A DNA stretch of 64,000 nt from an uncultured virus (IMG/VR IMGVR_UViG_3300013102_000031) (IMGVR_UViG_3300013102_000031), one strand, 5' to 3'. Shown: positions 19,224 through 29,989, counted from the first letter of the stretch. Program-made: numbers and translations. Notes: generated by a model from the sequence alone, not told the origin.

Positions 19224-19847
19224 TCACACCGCCTTCAATTCATTCCAGTAGGATTTTGCTTTCTGTGACCATCTTACTGCTGTCTTCAGAACTGTGCAAG
19301 CTATTTTTAAAGGTTTTCGAAAAGAATTATTCGAAGACAATTCATCGATAAATTCCACACCGCAATCAACGTATCTCTCTGAAGCATATCCGTCATTAGG
19401 CTGAGAGCTAAAGCCGCTGGATGGGGTATATTCCAGGCTATCTTCGTCTGTTTCTTCTGCTTTCTGAACAGGAGCGATGGCCTTCTTCAGCAACTCTTCA
19501 GCTCTGTGAAGCTTACGAAAGGCTACTGAGCGAAGTAGAGTATATTCTTCAGCACTAAACTCACCAGCTTTGAAGGCTGATTCTAGTTCGATTGCTTCTG
19601 ATCGGAGTTTGTCAACACGAGCGGACTGTGGGAGAATTCTACTTCTTAGAGGAACACTTGAAGGTTTCCTTCCTCGTCTTGCCTCAATTGCTTCATCTGA
19701 AAATGCGCGGACATTGGGACGACCATTAATGTAGGTAGGTACAACCTCAACAGATCTGTCCCCACGATATTGTCCATTACCGCCGCTCCACTCACCATGA
19801 TCTGAGCAGCTGTCCACAAAACTTGGTTGTATGTACATGCGAGTCAT
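19224..19847 (-). CDS. hypothetical early protein (start refined to ATG 19847)
   Basis: AGGAG RBS; the TTG start in the ORF track is actually the -35 box. Confidence 0.75.
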   Translation of the reverse strand: MTRMYIQPSFVDSCSDHGEWSGGNGQYRGDRSVEVVPTYINGRPNVRAFSDEAIEARRGRKPSSVPLRSRILPQSARVDKLRSEAIELESAFKAGEFSAEEYTLLRSVAFRKLHRAEELLKKAIAPVQKAEETDEDSLEYTPSSGFSSQPNDGYASERYVDCGVEFIDELSSNNSFRKPLKIACTVLKTAVRWSQKAKSYWNELKAV

Positions 19848-19887
19848 GATAAAAGCTCCTAACCTAAAACACCTTTCGATGTAGAAG

Positions 19888-19916
19888 ATTATGGAGCTTT
19901 GGTTTGAATCTGTCAA
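19888..19916 (-). promoter_or_regulatory. early promoter TTGACA-17-CATAAT
   Basis: Near consensus. Confidence 0.75.
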
Positions 19917-19924
19917 GAATTATT

Positions 19925-20344
19925 TCAACGATATTTATAAGCTTCATTCAGATGCTCTTTCAGCCTTTCAACCTCAGATTCTAAGCTCTTGATCACATTA
20001 TTCTCAATGTCACCTTTACAAACGTCATAGATGTTCCTACACATCTGACCATACTGACTCAGATGAATATAGCTGTGCATTCCGTAACCATCACTGACCT
20101 TGAGATAAGGCTTGAGGCTGTCCGTAGAAATGTCCTCAAACTTACCAGCTAGAAGGTTCTCAATAGAGTGCTGTACACGATTAGAGATATTAAACTCAGT
20201 GTCGCTTGCAATGTGTGGTAGGACATCACTGTACAGATCACCTAGCACCTCATTACCAATCTCTGCAATCTTCTTACGAAACTCTGCGAGCTTATCGCTC
20301 AACTTAGTCTCAATGTATTCATAACGTTCTTGTTCGATGTTCAT
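19925..20344 (-). CDS. hypothetical protein
   Basis: GGAGGG RBS, 139 aa. Confidence 0.75.
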   Translation of the reverse strand: MNIEQERYEYIETKLSDKLAEFRKKIAEIGNEVLGDLYSDVLPHIASDTEFNISNRVQHSIENLLAGKFEDISTDSLKPYLKVSDGYGMHSYIHLSQYGQMCRNIYDVCKGDIENNVIKSLESEVERLKEHLNEAYKYR

Positions 20345-20514
20345 TTATTTACCCTCCATCTTAGGTCCACAAATAATACTCGCAGGCTTAACACCTGAAT
20401 TCTTAATAGTTAGCTCCACACTCTCATAGCAAAGCTCTTTGGTTGGATAGTCAACCTGAATGATTCTATCACACAGCCCCCACGTCAAGGTGGTGCATAC
20501 AACCATTGTCCAGA

Positions 20515-20712
20515 TCATTTATCGTTCCATCCTTTCCATTGATTAATACGAGCAAGCTCCTCAAGTGCAGCAGTCTGACGTTCTTGAAGCTTCCTATCAC
20601 GTTTCTTCTGCCCACTTCCAACACAGAGTGCGCAGATGATCCAGATTGGTAGCCAGATAAACCCAGTCAAGAGGGTTAAGATGAAGTGTACGAAATGGGC
20701 CACGCCGCTCAT
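20515..20712 (-). CDS. small membrane protein
   Basis: Hydrophobic HFILTLLTGFIWLPIWII followed by a charged coiled tail. Confidence 0.7.
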   Translation of the reverse strand: MSGVAHFVHFILTLLTGFIWLPIWIICALCVGSGQKKRDRKLQERQTAALEELARINQWKGWNDK

Positions 20713-21623
20713 GAGATATCCTCCTGCCGCTTCTTAGCGATAAAGTAGGCATCTTTGTACTGAAGCCCGTTAACTGCAATAATGACACCATGCACAGTTT
20801 CAGCAACAATATTCTCTGCATCCTTTAGCTCAGCCATACCAGCCATCACCTCCTCATAACTACCTGTGTCACTCTGAGACTTTAACTCAAAAGTTGCATC
20901 ACCTACAACCAGAAAGATTTGATATTCATTCTTCATTTTATTTACTCCTCAGTTTTAGTGACTCAATCAACTTCCTAGCCTTAATAACATCCTCATCCGT
21001 CTCCATATTCACATAAGTGACCAAGGGAAACAAGCTAATGATGCGCTCAAGGGATGTTGTTTACTACGTAAACCGTACAAGACGTTTTGTAGATGTCTTT
21101 GTTGTGCGGTATTCCTGCCGGACGGTGGTCATTGTTCCAGTTCCTTTACAAAGTAATTAGTCCACTAACTAGGACCATAGGTCAAGAAGTAATGAAAGCC
21201 GAATTCAGTAGTCTTTGAGATGGTCCCATCAGCATTCATTTTGAAGTCATACTCTTCACCAGCTTTGAATGCTACACGACCATCGCTGTTCATAACTACA
21301 TCACGTACACATTTAAGCTTCACGATACAATCTCCCAAATTTTAATAGCTCCGTGGATCAGGGTAGCCCATAAGATAAGGCTAACCCCTGTCCAGATTAG
21401 TAAAGGTTTGATGTGCATATTACACAGCCTTGGAGTAGATGAAGCGAACCACGTAGCGGACAGCCCCATACTGCAAGTCCTTCTTGTTAGCATAGGCACG
21501 AGCCACTGAGCCTTTACCTTCACCGTAGGACTTGACAACAGCTTTGGTCTGGTTGTCGATTACGTCGTAGCCGATTACTGTGTTCATGGTCTTGATTCCT
21601 TGTGTTTCGTTGTCTGTGATGTA

Positions 21624-21652
21624 ACTATAATGCCTTCTGAACAGGCCGTCAA
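21624..21652 (-). promoter_or_regulatory. early promoter TTGACG-17-TATAGT
   Basis: Upstream of CDS 21420-21587. Confidence 0.7.
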
Positions 21653-21858
21653 CCACTATTTACAAAATCTTTTAACCTTTTGCACCAATAGGTCATAGCG
21701 CTTTGCTACAGCTAAAGCCTCAGTGTAGTTTGCATGATCACATTTATTCAGGAACTCATGAGCCTTGATGATCCAGTCTTGCTTTTCTTTCTCGTAGTGA
21801 GTCAAGCGTTCTTGGTTGGTCATGGCTTGGTGCCCCTGTGTTCGTCTCTGATGTCTTT

Positions 21859-21894
21859 ATTCTAGACAAGAAAAAGCCCTGCGTCAACAGGGCT
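21859..21894 (-). terminator. terminator with the -35 box (TTGACG) as its loop; promoter TTGACG-17-TAGAAT
   Basis: AGCCCTG-TTGACG-CAGGGCT-TTTTCTT then TAGAAT. Confidence 0.8.
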
Positions 21895-22447
21895 GAGGTA
21901 AATCTTTTAATCTATTTCTCCAACTCTTTCAGTTTAGCTTTCAATTCTCTATTCTCTTCATCAAGCATCTCACAGATTTCTGCGTACAGGTCACGATCTT
22001 CTGTCACTTCAGCTAGCCGTACCTCTAAAGAATCATTCCATTTTACTAAGGCTGTAGCTGTGTAGTTCTCATCAAGGCTGACCCACTCAGGCAAGTCTTT
22101 CATGAACAACTCTCTGCCATCTCTAGAAATCAGGAAGCCAATGACCTTATTCATGTTAGTTACTCCTAGCGATAGAGCGAAATGCTTCGGCTAAGGTTAC
22201 CTTGACTCGAACTTTACCGTCAAGCCTAGTAATCCGATACCCCTCGGAACATTTCACTATAATTCCGATGAAGTTGTTACTAGCATCGAAAACACGCCGA
22301 GTGTTATTACCTGCCACTGGCGAGAAGTGCCCCTTTACTGCTGCTGACTGTGCCATGATATTCACCTTCTAAGGTTAGGTTTTAAGATGCACCTTGCGGC
22401 TAAGTCTTTACCTCCCTTGGTACATCAAATCTCCTTGCTTGATTAGA

Positions 22448-22476
22448 AGGATAGCGAATGTCTTACAAGCTGTCAA
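22448..22476 (-). promoter_or_regulatory. early promoter TTGACA-17-TATCCT
   Basis: Intergenic, followed by AAGGAG. Confidence 0.65.
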
Positions 22477-23518
22477 CCGATTGTGTCAAAATAATTCAAA
22501 GTATTTCAAGAGCCTGACCTTCAGCGTAGATAAGCCCTTCTGCGCAAAGGAATTCTTCGATTTTAGCGAGCTGCTGATAGTACTCAAGCTCACCACCTGT
22601 AAGCTCAGGATCATCGGAATCTCGCCACAACCATGACTGAAAGTGGTAAATCAGAGTTGTTACAGACAGGTTCAACAGATTACGACAATCTACCAAAGCT
22701 TGATTGTACACATTAGGATTGTGCAGCGATTCCAAAGCATTCATAATTTCTTGGTTGTTCATTTTAATGCTCCTACGTTGGTTTTGTGTTTCAACCTTGT
22801 ACCAGTTGATAAGCTGATGATACAACCTTTGGATCCGATAGCAAGAGGTGTTTCACGAAATTATCACATTTATTTTCAGCCTACTCCCTAATACTTTCTA
22901 CGTCTGATCTGTGTAAAAATCTACAGTTTCCATCATCTTCCACGACTTTCAGGGTAATGTTGACATTACCCGACCAAACCTCTTCCACCTCGAAGATTTC
23001 CCCAATCCTATCTGAGTACCAATAGCTCTGACGCTGCGCACTGACTACATTAAATCTCATTTCAACCCCCTACTTTAAAATGCTTGACAATTTCTAAAGC
23101 TTGGTGTTCCGAAAACCCTTGTCCTTTCAAATCATTGAAGTAGGACCAGTTAATCTGAGCTTGAATAGCCATAAACTCAAGGAATTGCTTCAGCTGGGTA
23201 GTGGTCATCAAGGGTTTGTCTGTGTTTCCGATGTCAACTACTTTCATCTCTCTTCTCCTTTAAAACATCCCAGTGATTTTGTGCCACTGTTCTTCTACGA
23301 ATGCAACACCTTCTTGGTACTGCTTATCTTCTTCAGAAAGCTTATCAGTGCCTAGCTGTTCATTACTCCAATTAAACACCAATACATTCAGCGCTGCTTC
23401 TCCTAGACTGCAAGCGTATAGACCATCACTGATAGCCTCTCTAAAGTCAGGACTGAACGCTACGTCATTCAAAATACTTTGTAGTTGTCCTTCTAGTATT
23501 TCCAGAGGTTTTATTGTC

Positions 23519-23725
23519 TCATAAAGATGTTGTGTCATTTGTATTATCCTTAGTAAGTACGTTCTGACTGGTATTGAGGAGCAAGTATCCGCTAATGATT
23601 GTGATTGTCAATGTCTGGAATGCCTCAACTGGCAAGTGCCCAAACCAAAGTGAGATGAACAATAACATTTGAATAACACAGGTCAAGATAAATTTACGGG
23701 ACAGGAATTTATCAGTCATCTCCAT
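23519..23725 (-). CDS. holin-like two-TM protein
   Basis: KFLSRKFIL start motif and two hydrophobic helices. Confidence 0.5.
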   Translation of the reverse strand: MEMTDKFLSRKFILTCVIQMLLFISLWFGHLPVEAFQTLTITIISGYLLLNTSQNVLTKDNTNDTTSL

Positions 23726-25035
23726 CTACCTCTAATGCGTAACCTTTATCTTTAAAGTACTGGGCAACTGCCTGAATAACTTGATGAATCTCGTAGTCCT
23801 CCATTGCATCTTTAAGTGGGTTACCGATTTCAATGTAGTTATCAGCCACCAGCACTGCGTTAATCAATCCCATGTGCAGATTAAGCTCAACCATCACACA
23901 ATCTCCTCATCACTCCAAGTCACAACCACTTTAAAAGTGCCTTTACGGAAACCATATTCGTCGTACGGAATTCCCAGATTTTCGTCAAAGACGGCATCGT
24001 CAATATCTTCACTCGCAGATATCAAACTTTCATCACTATATGTCTGCTCAAAGATTTTCATTCTTGTCCGTCCTCATAATAAAACTTCACTTTAAGTTTC
24101 TTATCCAGATCATGAAACTCTTCCCAAGCCGAATCTTTGTACTTATCATACCAGAAATTGGACACGTAGTCTTGTAGAGCTTCACCGAACTCATCGAAAG
24201 CTTCTTCATACCAATCCACTAACAGTTCACGATTGCTCATCTCAATATTCCTCCACATTAATAAACCTATAGGCTTCTGCCATGAATTCATCATTCGACA
24301 GTAAGTCTTTAACAAACTTAGCACAAGCTTTATCGTAGCTAAATCGCGCCTGTTTCAAATCCTCCCGATTCAGGATGTATTCAAGGCTATTATCTAGCGC
24401 TGATTTCGACTTTGCATAGGCACTTTCGCAGACCTCTAGCCGTTCTAGCAACTCAGACAAGTGCTTCATAGGGTCCCCCCTAGTTTATCCTCTAACTGGT
24501 CAATTTTATCCAATAAAGCGTGGATAAGTTTATCACCAACTAAGCTATCTGTTTTGGCTGTCCAAGGTTCTCCCTGACGATATGCCCACAGAATGTATGT
24601 CTCAGGACAACGTTCAAGACGATACTTACCGTCTGCAACTTCATAAACCTTTTTCATTTACTCATCTCCCAACGCTCTAAATGAATCCTATCACTAATGC
24701 AGACATGGAATTTATCACAAGCTTTACCTGCACCATCTCGCCTGTCGTCTGCTTGAATGTGACCTTTGAAATTATTGTTGATATAAACTGCGTAAGTAAT
24801 CATTTCTTCTCATCCTTTGCGATGGCTAAATCAATCAACCGAACAAGCTCTGTGCTCGCAGTTTCTACCTCCGCCTGCGCATCAAACACTTGAAGCCACT
24901 CATCGGACAAGTCTTCGAATCGAACACCACTGTGAATGATGAATTGAGTCCAGCGGTTTGCATTCTGTACGATTTGATCAGTGACTTTCTTAGATACAAC
25001 AGCAGTTTTCTTTGCAGTAGCCATTACTCTTCCCC

Positions 25036-25419
25036 TTACCAATCAATATCAATTGTGTATGTACCAGCTTCAATCAGCTCCATTCGGTACAGACTGTTTG
25101 CAACCATTTGAACATCTGGATAGAAGTTACGGCCCCAGAACAAATCAAGGAAACGTTTATCTTCTTGATCACCATTCCACTCTTTCGGGTCACGTTCAAG
25201 CCACGCTTTAAAGCTTACACCCATTTCCTCGCCATTGATTACTTCGGGGACAGAGTCGTTTTCGTAATCATCCGCATCATTAGGAATTGTAAGCTTAACA
25301 CGTTGACGGTCTTTACAACCATCTTGTTGTTGGAAGCTGTAGGGACGACCATAAGTGGTTTCTACCAAATTATCCCAATCACCTACGTCAATGACTTGTT
25401 CTGTTCTTGCAATCTTCAT
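25036..25419 (-). CDS. acidic hypothetical protein
   Basis: AGGAG RBS, 127 aa. Confidence 0.75.
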   Translation of the reverse strand: MKIARTEQVIDVGDWDNLVETTYGRPYSFQQQDGCKDRQRVKLTIPNDADDYENDSVPEVINGEEMGVSFKAWLERDPKEWNGDQEDKRFLDLFWGRNFYPDVQMVANSLYRMELIEAGTYTIDIDW

Positions 25420-26705
25420 AACATTCTCCTAAATAATTTGTTTTACACACATCTGTTCTGTGCATGGCTGTAAGATTAGCTGATTAGATTGGATGCGTCA
25501 AGGGTTTATCACTGCAACCCTGCGAAATTCTCTCCGAAAAATGATTGCGTTAGGCTCCACTTTCATCCACGCAAAGCAAGGTGTAATCTTGAACACTTTT
25601 CCTGTGTACAAATAAGAACCGTTATCAGCACCAAAGACTACGTTATCACCTTCCCTGATTTGTGTGTTGTTTACGTCTAGTGGTAAAGTGGGTAACATCT
25701 AATTTCTCCCTGTGCGTTTATCATTGCTTGAGAACATGATAAACAAAATCATTGTCGGATATAGTAGAAAGCAGAACAATAGAAACATCTTATTTCTCTC
25801 CATTATCAATAAAGAAACGACATTTGCTAGTATCAGGAACGCTTACTATCTGCACAAGCCAAGGTTGATACTTAGCGAGTGGTGGTACAGTGAATCGTAA
25901 GCAGCTATCACGTTTTAGGCAGTCTGTGCCGACACATTTACTGTACACGCTCACTCTTCCTCCCATTGCCTATCTTCATAATCGCTAAATTCACACAACA
26001 GATTCCAGTAAGCATCAAAGCTTACATATTGTCCAAACTCTGTTGTAATTTTCTGTACAGATGCTTGACCAAAGTCGTGGTATTCTACTTTGAAGTCGTA
26101 ACGCCTTGGATTCATGTGTTCATTGCTGCTCATTTCAGTTCCTCAATTACAAAATCATTCTGGCTATCAAACAGTCCTTTACCATCAGCGAAATAATCTC
26201 GATATGTTGTGTGCATGTGTAATGCGAAAGCATTCTTAGCAGCACCAACCGTAGCCCAACCACACTTTGACCCAAATTTGATAAGCTTGCCTGTAGAAAC
26301 TTGTCGAATCACATAAACAGATGTTACTTCAAATGCACGACTCATTTCCACACCTCACAAAATTCAACTTCATCGACCCAATACTCAATATCGGAGATCT
26401 TATAATTCGCTTGCAGATATTCACGTGCTTGATTAGCTGTGTCCATTGTAGAATAGATACCAAGATTACTTCGTGCATAGCGTGTCCCTGTCCACTCATC
26501 ACAGACAATTATGAATAAGCTCTTTGGAGCTTCCATCTGATTTCTCCTTAGTAAAAACTATCACGATAGCTATCAACTTCCTGCTGCACATATTCTTGAT
26601 ATTCAGCATCAAGATCACGCATTTGCTGATAATATTCTTTGTCAGAAATCAAACCGTCAGTGTGATCCTGTTGGATTTGTTCTGATGCTTTATCATGCCA
26701 ATTAC

Positions 26706-27215
26706 TCATTCTATACCCTCCAATTCATCCATCTTATCATTCATCTTATCATTCAACGACAGCAACCGACTCTCAATATACTCTTTCTGAGCCAACAAGT
26801 CATTATATTCTTTCACATATTTCTTCAACACTGCCATCTTACTAACACTACTCCCTTTAGGCTTAGCCCACTTCTTTGTGCACTGATACCCTACAAACAC
26901 AACACCTTCATAATCATCTTTAGCGTACTCATGCACAAATTCATAATCATTCAGGTTGCAGATGAATTCTAGGTCAAACCTTTCAACATCAATATATTTA
27001 GAATACTCACGAGCCAAACCTTCGTGTGTGAAGATGTTTGTATCTTCTTTGCCATCTTTGAAAGGCCAATAGTTGTATGTGTCAATTAGAACTATGTCGC
27101 CATGATTGTCTGTGCGAGCTATGCATGTTCTGTCTCTGCACCAGTATGGATCGTGTGCAGGAATGAGGCTAGGTTTCCAACTGTAGTGGAAATAATCACC
27201 ATCTTTAATCGTCAT
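26706..27215 (-). CDS. hypothetical protein
   Basis: GGGGAG RBS before ATG; coiled-coil-like C-terminus. Confidence 0.7.
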   Translation of the reverse strand: MTIKDGDYFHYSWKPSLIPAHDPYWCRDRTCIARTDNHGDIVLIDTYNYWPFKDGKEDTNIFTHEGLAREYSKYIDVERFDLEFICNLNDYEFVHEYAKDDYEGVVFVGYQCTKKWAKPKGSSVSKMAVLKKYVKEYNDLLAQKEYIESRLLSLNDKMNDKMDELEGIE

Positions 27216-27526
27216 TGTGTAACTCCCCAACACCGAATGTTATAGAATGCATAAGAATCTTCATTCATTTCTTTAGCAATCTCTGCTAACTCTTTTGTCT
27301 TAAACACACCAATGACCACTGTGTCATGTGCATCTATACCTGTCAGAATCCAAACGTTCATCTCTCTACTCCCACAATCTTAAAGTCAATATTATCAGCC
27401 ATAGCCTTAAACCTGTCAAGCACCGACATAAATTGATAACCTCCAGTTTTACTCCACACAAGGACAATAGCATTTCCTAGATGTTTGCGGAGTGTGTAGG
27501 GTTCGAAGTTTTCAATTGAGTACATA

Positions 27527-27937
27527 TCAATCACACCATCCCGGTTGTTCATGTTTCTTACGAGCTTCTGGAATACAATCTGCACAAGCTCTGCCTGCAA
27601 AACTGTAACGATATGTCTTGTCTGCTTCTTTCTTGCACACACCGCAAGTAGTCTCAGCCTTCAAGAATGTTTCAGGATTGTAAACTGTTGGCAGCTCAAT
27701 ACACAATCCATCTGGTGCCCAAGCATGTAGACTAACTTCGTATTTCCACTTACCGACATCTTTACGCGTGATTGCGGATATTACAAAACCGTCTCGTGTC
27801 AGGCGGCAAGCTCGCATAGCTGGTTCACTTGGATAAGTCTGTGATAGTTCCCAGCCATCAGCTCCAGCAGCTTGGATGAAAGCATTAGCTGCTTCAAAGT
27901 ATTTTACATCATTTGTGTGGCCGAATTGATTGATCAT
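27527..27937 (-). CDS. hypothetical protein with C-terminal zinc finger
   Basis: CGVC...CADC. Confidence 0.7.
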   Translation of the reverse strand: MINQFGHTNDVKYFEAANAFIQAAGADGWELSQTYPSEPAMRACRLTRDGFVISAITRKDVGKWKYEVSLHAWAPDGLCIELPTVYNPETFLKAETTCGVCKKEADKTYRYSFAGRACADCIPEARKKHEQPGWCD

Positions 27938-28251
27938 TTTGTTTCTCCTTTAGCCCATTCGATAGCTGCCACCAGCACATCACCATGGCATGACTTCGGA
28001 GCATAATAGCAAGCCAATCGCTTACCGTCAAGCTCAAGAAGCATTTCTTTGGTAATCACGCCCTTGCGAATCTGATTCCATAGATATTGTTTGTAACGTT
28101 CTATAGACTCTTCTCGTGTAGCAACTTGCATTTCTGCTTTGGTTGGTGTGCTTAAGCTAGTGTAGGGGTTTCCCCATTTTGAGCCTCTACCGATATAGAC
28201 AATATCAGCATCGGACATACTTACTTTGTATTTGTTGACTACTGTTGTCAT
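27934..28251 (-). CDS. DUF4326-family protein
   Basis: VYIGRGSKWGNPY...L.GKRLAC..P..CHGDVL. Confidence 0.85.
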   Translation of the reverse strand: MTTVVNKYKVSMSDADIVYIGRGSKWGNPYTSLSTPTKAEMQVATREESIERYKQYLWNQIRKGVITKEMLLELDGKRLACYYAPKSCHGDVLVAAIEWAKGETK

Positions 28252-28479
28252 TCTACCAACTCCACTTCATCCCTATGAAAAGGCCACTGAGCTGTATCAT
28301 CTGGATCAGCCCCATCAAACCTGACTTCTTGGATATAAATTCCATATGGACGATCATCAACATAACTGATTGTATATTCTGAGCCTACTTCGAACATTAT
28401 GTAGGGGCTAGAGATGATGCGTACTTTGTTGCCTGTAATGTACATGGTGTTTCTCCTATCAATTGGTTTGTGTGAACGA

Positions 28480-28514
28480 ATTTTAGACAAAAGAAAAGGG
28501 CCTGTCAAGGCCCT
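28480..28514 (-). terminator. terminator with the -35 box (TTGACA) as its loop; promoter TTGACA-17-TAAAAT
   Basis: AGGGCC-TTGACA-GGCCCT-TTTCTTTT then TAAAAT. Confidence 0.8.
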
Positions 28515-28541
28515 GTGTGGATATTTCTTTCTGTAAGGGAA

Positions 28542-29132
28542 TCAAGCAGTTGCACAATACCACCAAAATCTGATAGCGAAGCTGTCTCTGTGTCCGTTCT
28601 TTGCTTTCTTATCTGATCTAGTAAAGATTGTGTCTTCTGCAAAACCTTTAAAACTTTTAATTGCTTCGTCATCAGGTTTTCTTGTTTTATGCACCATCTT
28701 TTGTGAGTGACATTCGGAACACAGTATGTCATATCGTCTAGAATCGTTTATACAGCTACCGTCCCAAGTTATGTTGTGAGTCGTGCAGTGCATTTTAGTT
28801 CTAGTTTGTGAACCTATATAATCAGAAGACCAACCTAAGAACTCACAATTAAATAAAGAAGCTCTTCGATTCAATAGGATTTTATATTGCCATTCCTCCC
28901 ACTGGGGAGCTACAGAACAGCCGCAAGGTCTTACTTTATCTCTTAGTGTTTTCGTGCCTACATCAAATAATCCCAGTTTAAATAGTTCTGGATCTTGTTT
29001 GCATACTTCACACTCTACTACCAGTCTAAGCTTATTATTTTCATTCCTGTAAGAGCCAATGATGTTGTAGTAATCAGATTTATATTTATCTACATCTGTA
29101 TTTAGATCTTTAGTACTTTCGTATATCTTCAT
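28542..29132 (-). CDS. Zn-ribbon repeat protein of homing-endonuclease type, apparently lacking the nuclease domain
   Basis: CEVC, PCGC, CTTH, CSEC motifs; ends at WWYCATA where another repeat would begin. Confidence 0.6.
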   Translation of the reverse strand: MKIYESTKDLNTDVDKYKSDYYNIIGSYRNENNKLRLVVECEVCKQDPELFKLGLFDVGTKTLRDKVRPCGCSVAPQWEEWQYKILLNRRASLFNCEFLGWSSDYIGSQTRTKMHCTTHNITWDGSCINDSRRYDILCSECHSQKMVHKTRKPDDEAIKSFKGFAEDTIFTRSDKKAKNGHRDSFAIRFWWYCATA

Positions 29133-29189
29133 TCTATCTCTTTCTTATCTATTATATTAATATCTTATATACCTATTCTGTTAGATTAG

Positions 29190-29530
29190 AGTTTAGGAAA
29201 GATAGATTAATCCCAAGAAATGCCATACAGAAGTATCCTCCTGCCTAGACATAACTTTGATCTATCTTACCCTATAACAGCTCATTCTGTTGAGTTGTCG
29301 CTTAGGCTGACGTTAGGTCAGAGCTATCAAGAATCTGATAACAAGATTGTTCATCATTCCACCCAAAGGCGTAATCGATCCGCTATAATGAACTTCGATT
29401 CAGCTTGGCCGAGGATCTTCCCTCTTCATAACCTTTAATACAGAGCCGGTGAGTGCGCCTAAATAGGCCGTTGACATTTCTCTCTCTGTACGATGACCTT
29501 CTAATTTGCTCTCGCTTAGAAGAAGTCCAT
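29190..29530 (-). ncRNA. candidate highly structured non-coding RNA, ~340 nt
   Basis: Upstream sigma70 promoter, at least eight complementary stem pairs including a GAGA tetraloop, no minus-strand ORF in the track. Confidence 0.55.
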
Positions 29531-29536
29531 GTGTAA

Positions 29537-29565
29537 ATATTACGCTATTAATCTCTCAATTGCAA
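29537..29565 (-). promoter_or_regulatory. promoter TTGCAA-17-TAATAT driving the structured RNA
   Basis: Placed just upstream of the first stem. Confidence 0.55.
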
Positions 29566-29761
29566 GCTTTCTGACATGATATGTTTTTATAGCAAACAGA
29601 GAAAGCGATAACTACAAGGAATACCTAATCACCCTCCAACACCCTCAACATCTCTTCAAGATCCTCTCTACTCAGCCACAGAGGACGTTCCTCTTGTTGG
29701 TGATAGATGATAATTGCATTACCTACCTTGTCCCAATCTGTACCGTTGTCTGTGTTCATGT

Positions 29762-29989
29762 TCAAGCCTTCCTAACCAAATAATCCAACAATTTATAGAT
29801 ATCAGTGATAGCTTCTCCCATATCCATATTTCGTGAATTCACATTGTAACGAAGATCATCAAGTCTGCCCAACATCTCGGCTTTGTATTCCTCGGCATAC
29901 CTCTGCTCAAGAATCTTCTTGCAAGCCATCATTCCTTCACCAGTTTCTTGCTGCAAAGCTCGTACTTCTTCAATAGTTGGGCCTTTCAT
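29762..29989 (-). CDS. small protein with EF-Ts N-terminal (UBA-like) domain
   Basis: TIEEVRALQQETGEGMMACKKIL versus EF-Ts pattern VKELRERTGAGMMDCKKAL. Confidence 0.7.
   Translation of the reverse strand: MKGPTIEEVRALQQETGEGMMACKKILEQRYAEEYKAEMLGRLDDLRYNVNSRNMDMGEAITDIYKLLDYLVRKA

Noticed and set aside
20464..20488. TTGACG...TAGAAT promoter-like pair
   Set aside because: 14-bp spacer and lies inside a small minus-strand ORF
25830..25860. Apparent intergenic promoter
   Set aside because: The region is filled by unlisted small minus-strand ORFs
29220..29438. 72-aa plus-strand ORF in the track
   Set aside because: Opposite to block orientation, no RBS, overlaps the structured RNA candidate
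29190..29530. Group I intron, tRNA or retron identity for the structured RNA
   Set aside because: No recognisable P7 core, cloverleaf, interrupted host gene or reverse transcriptase
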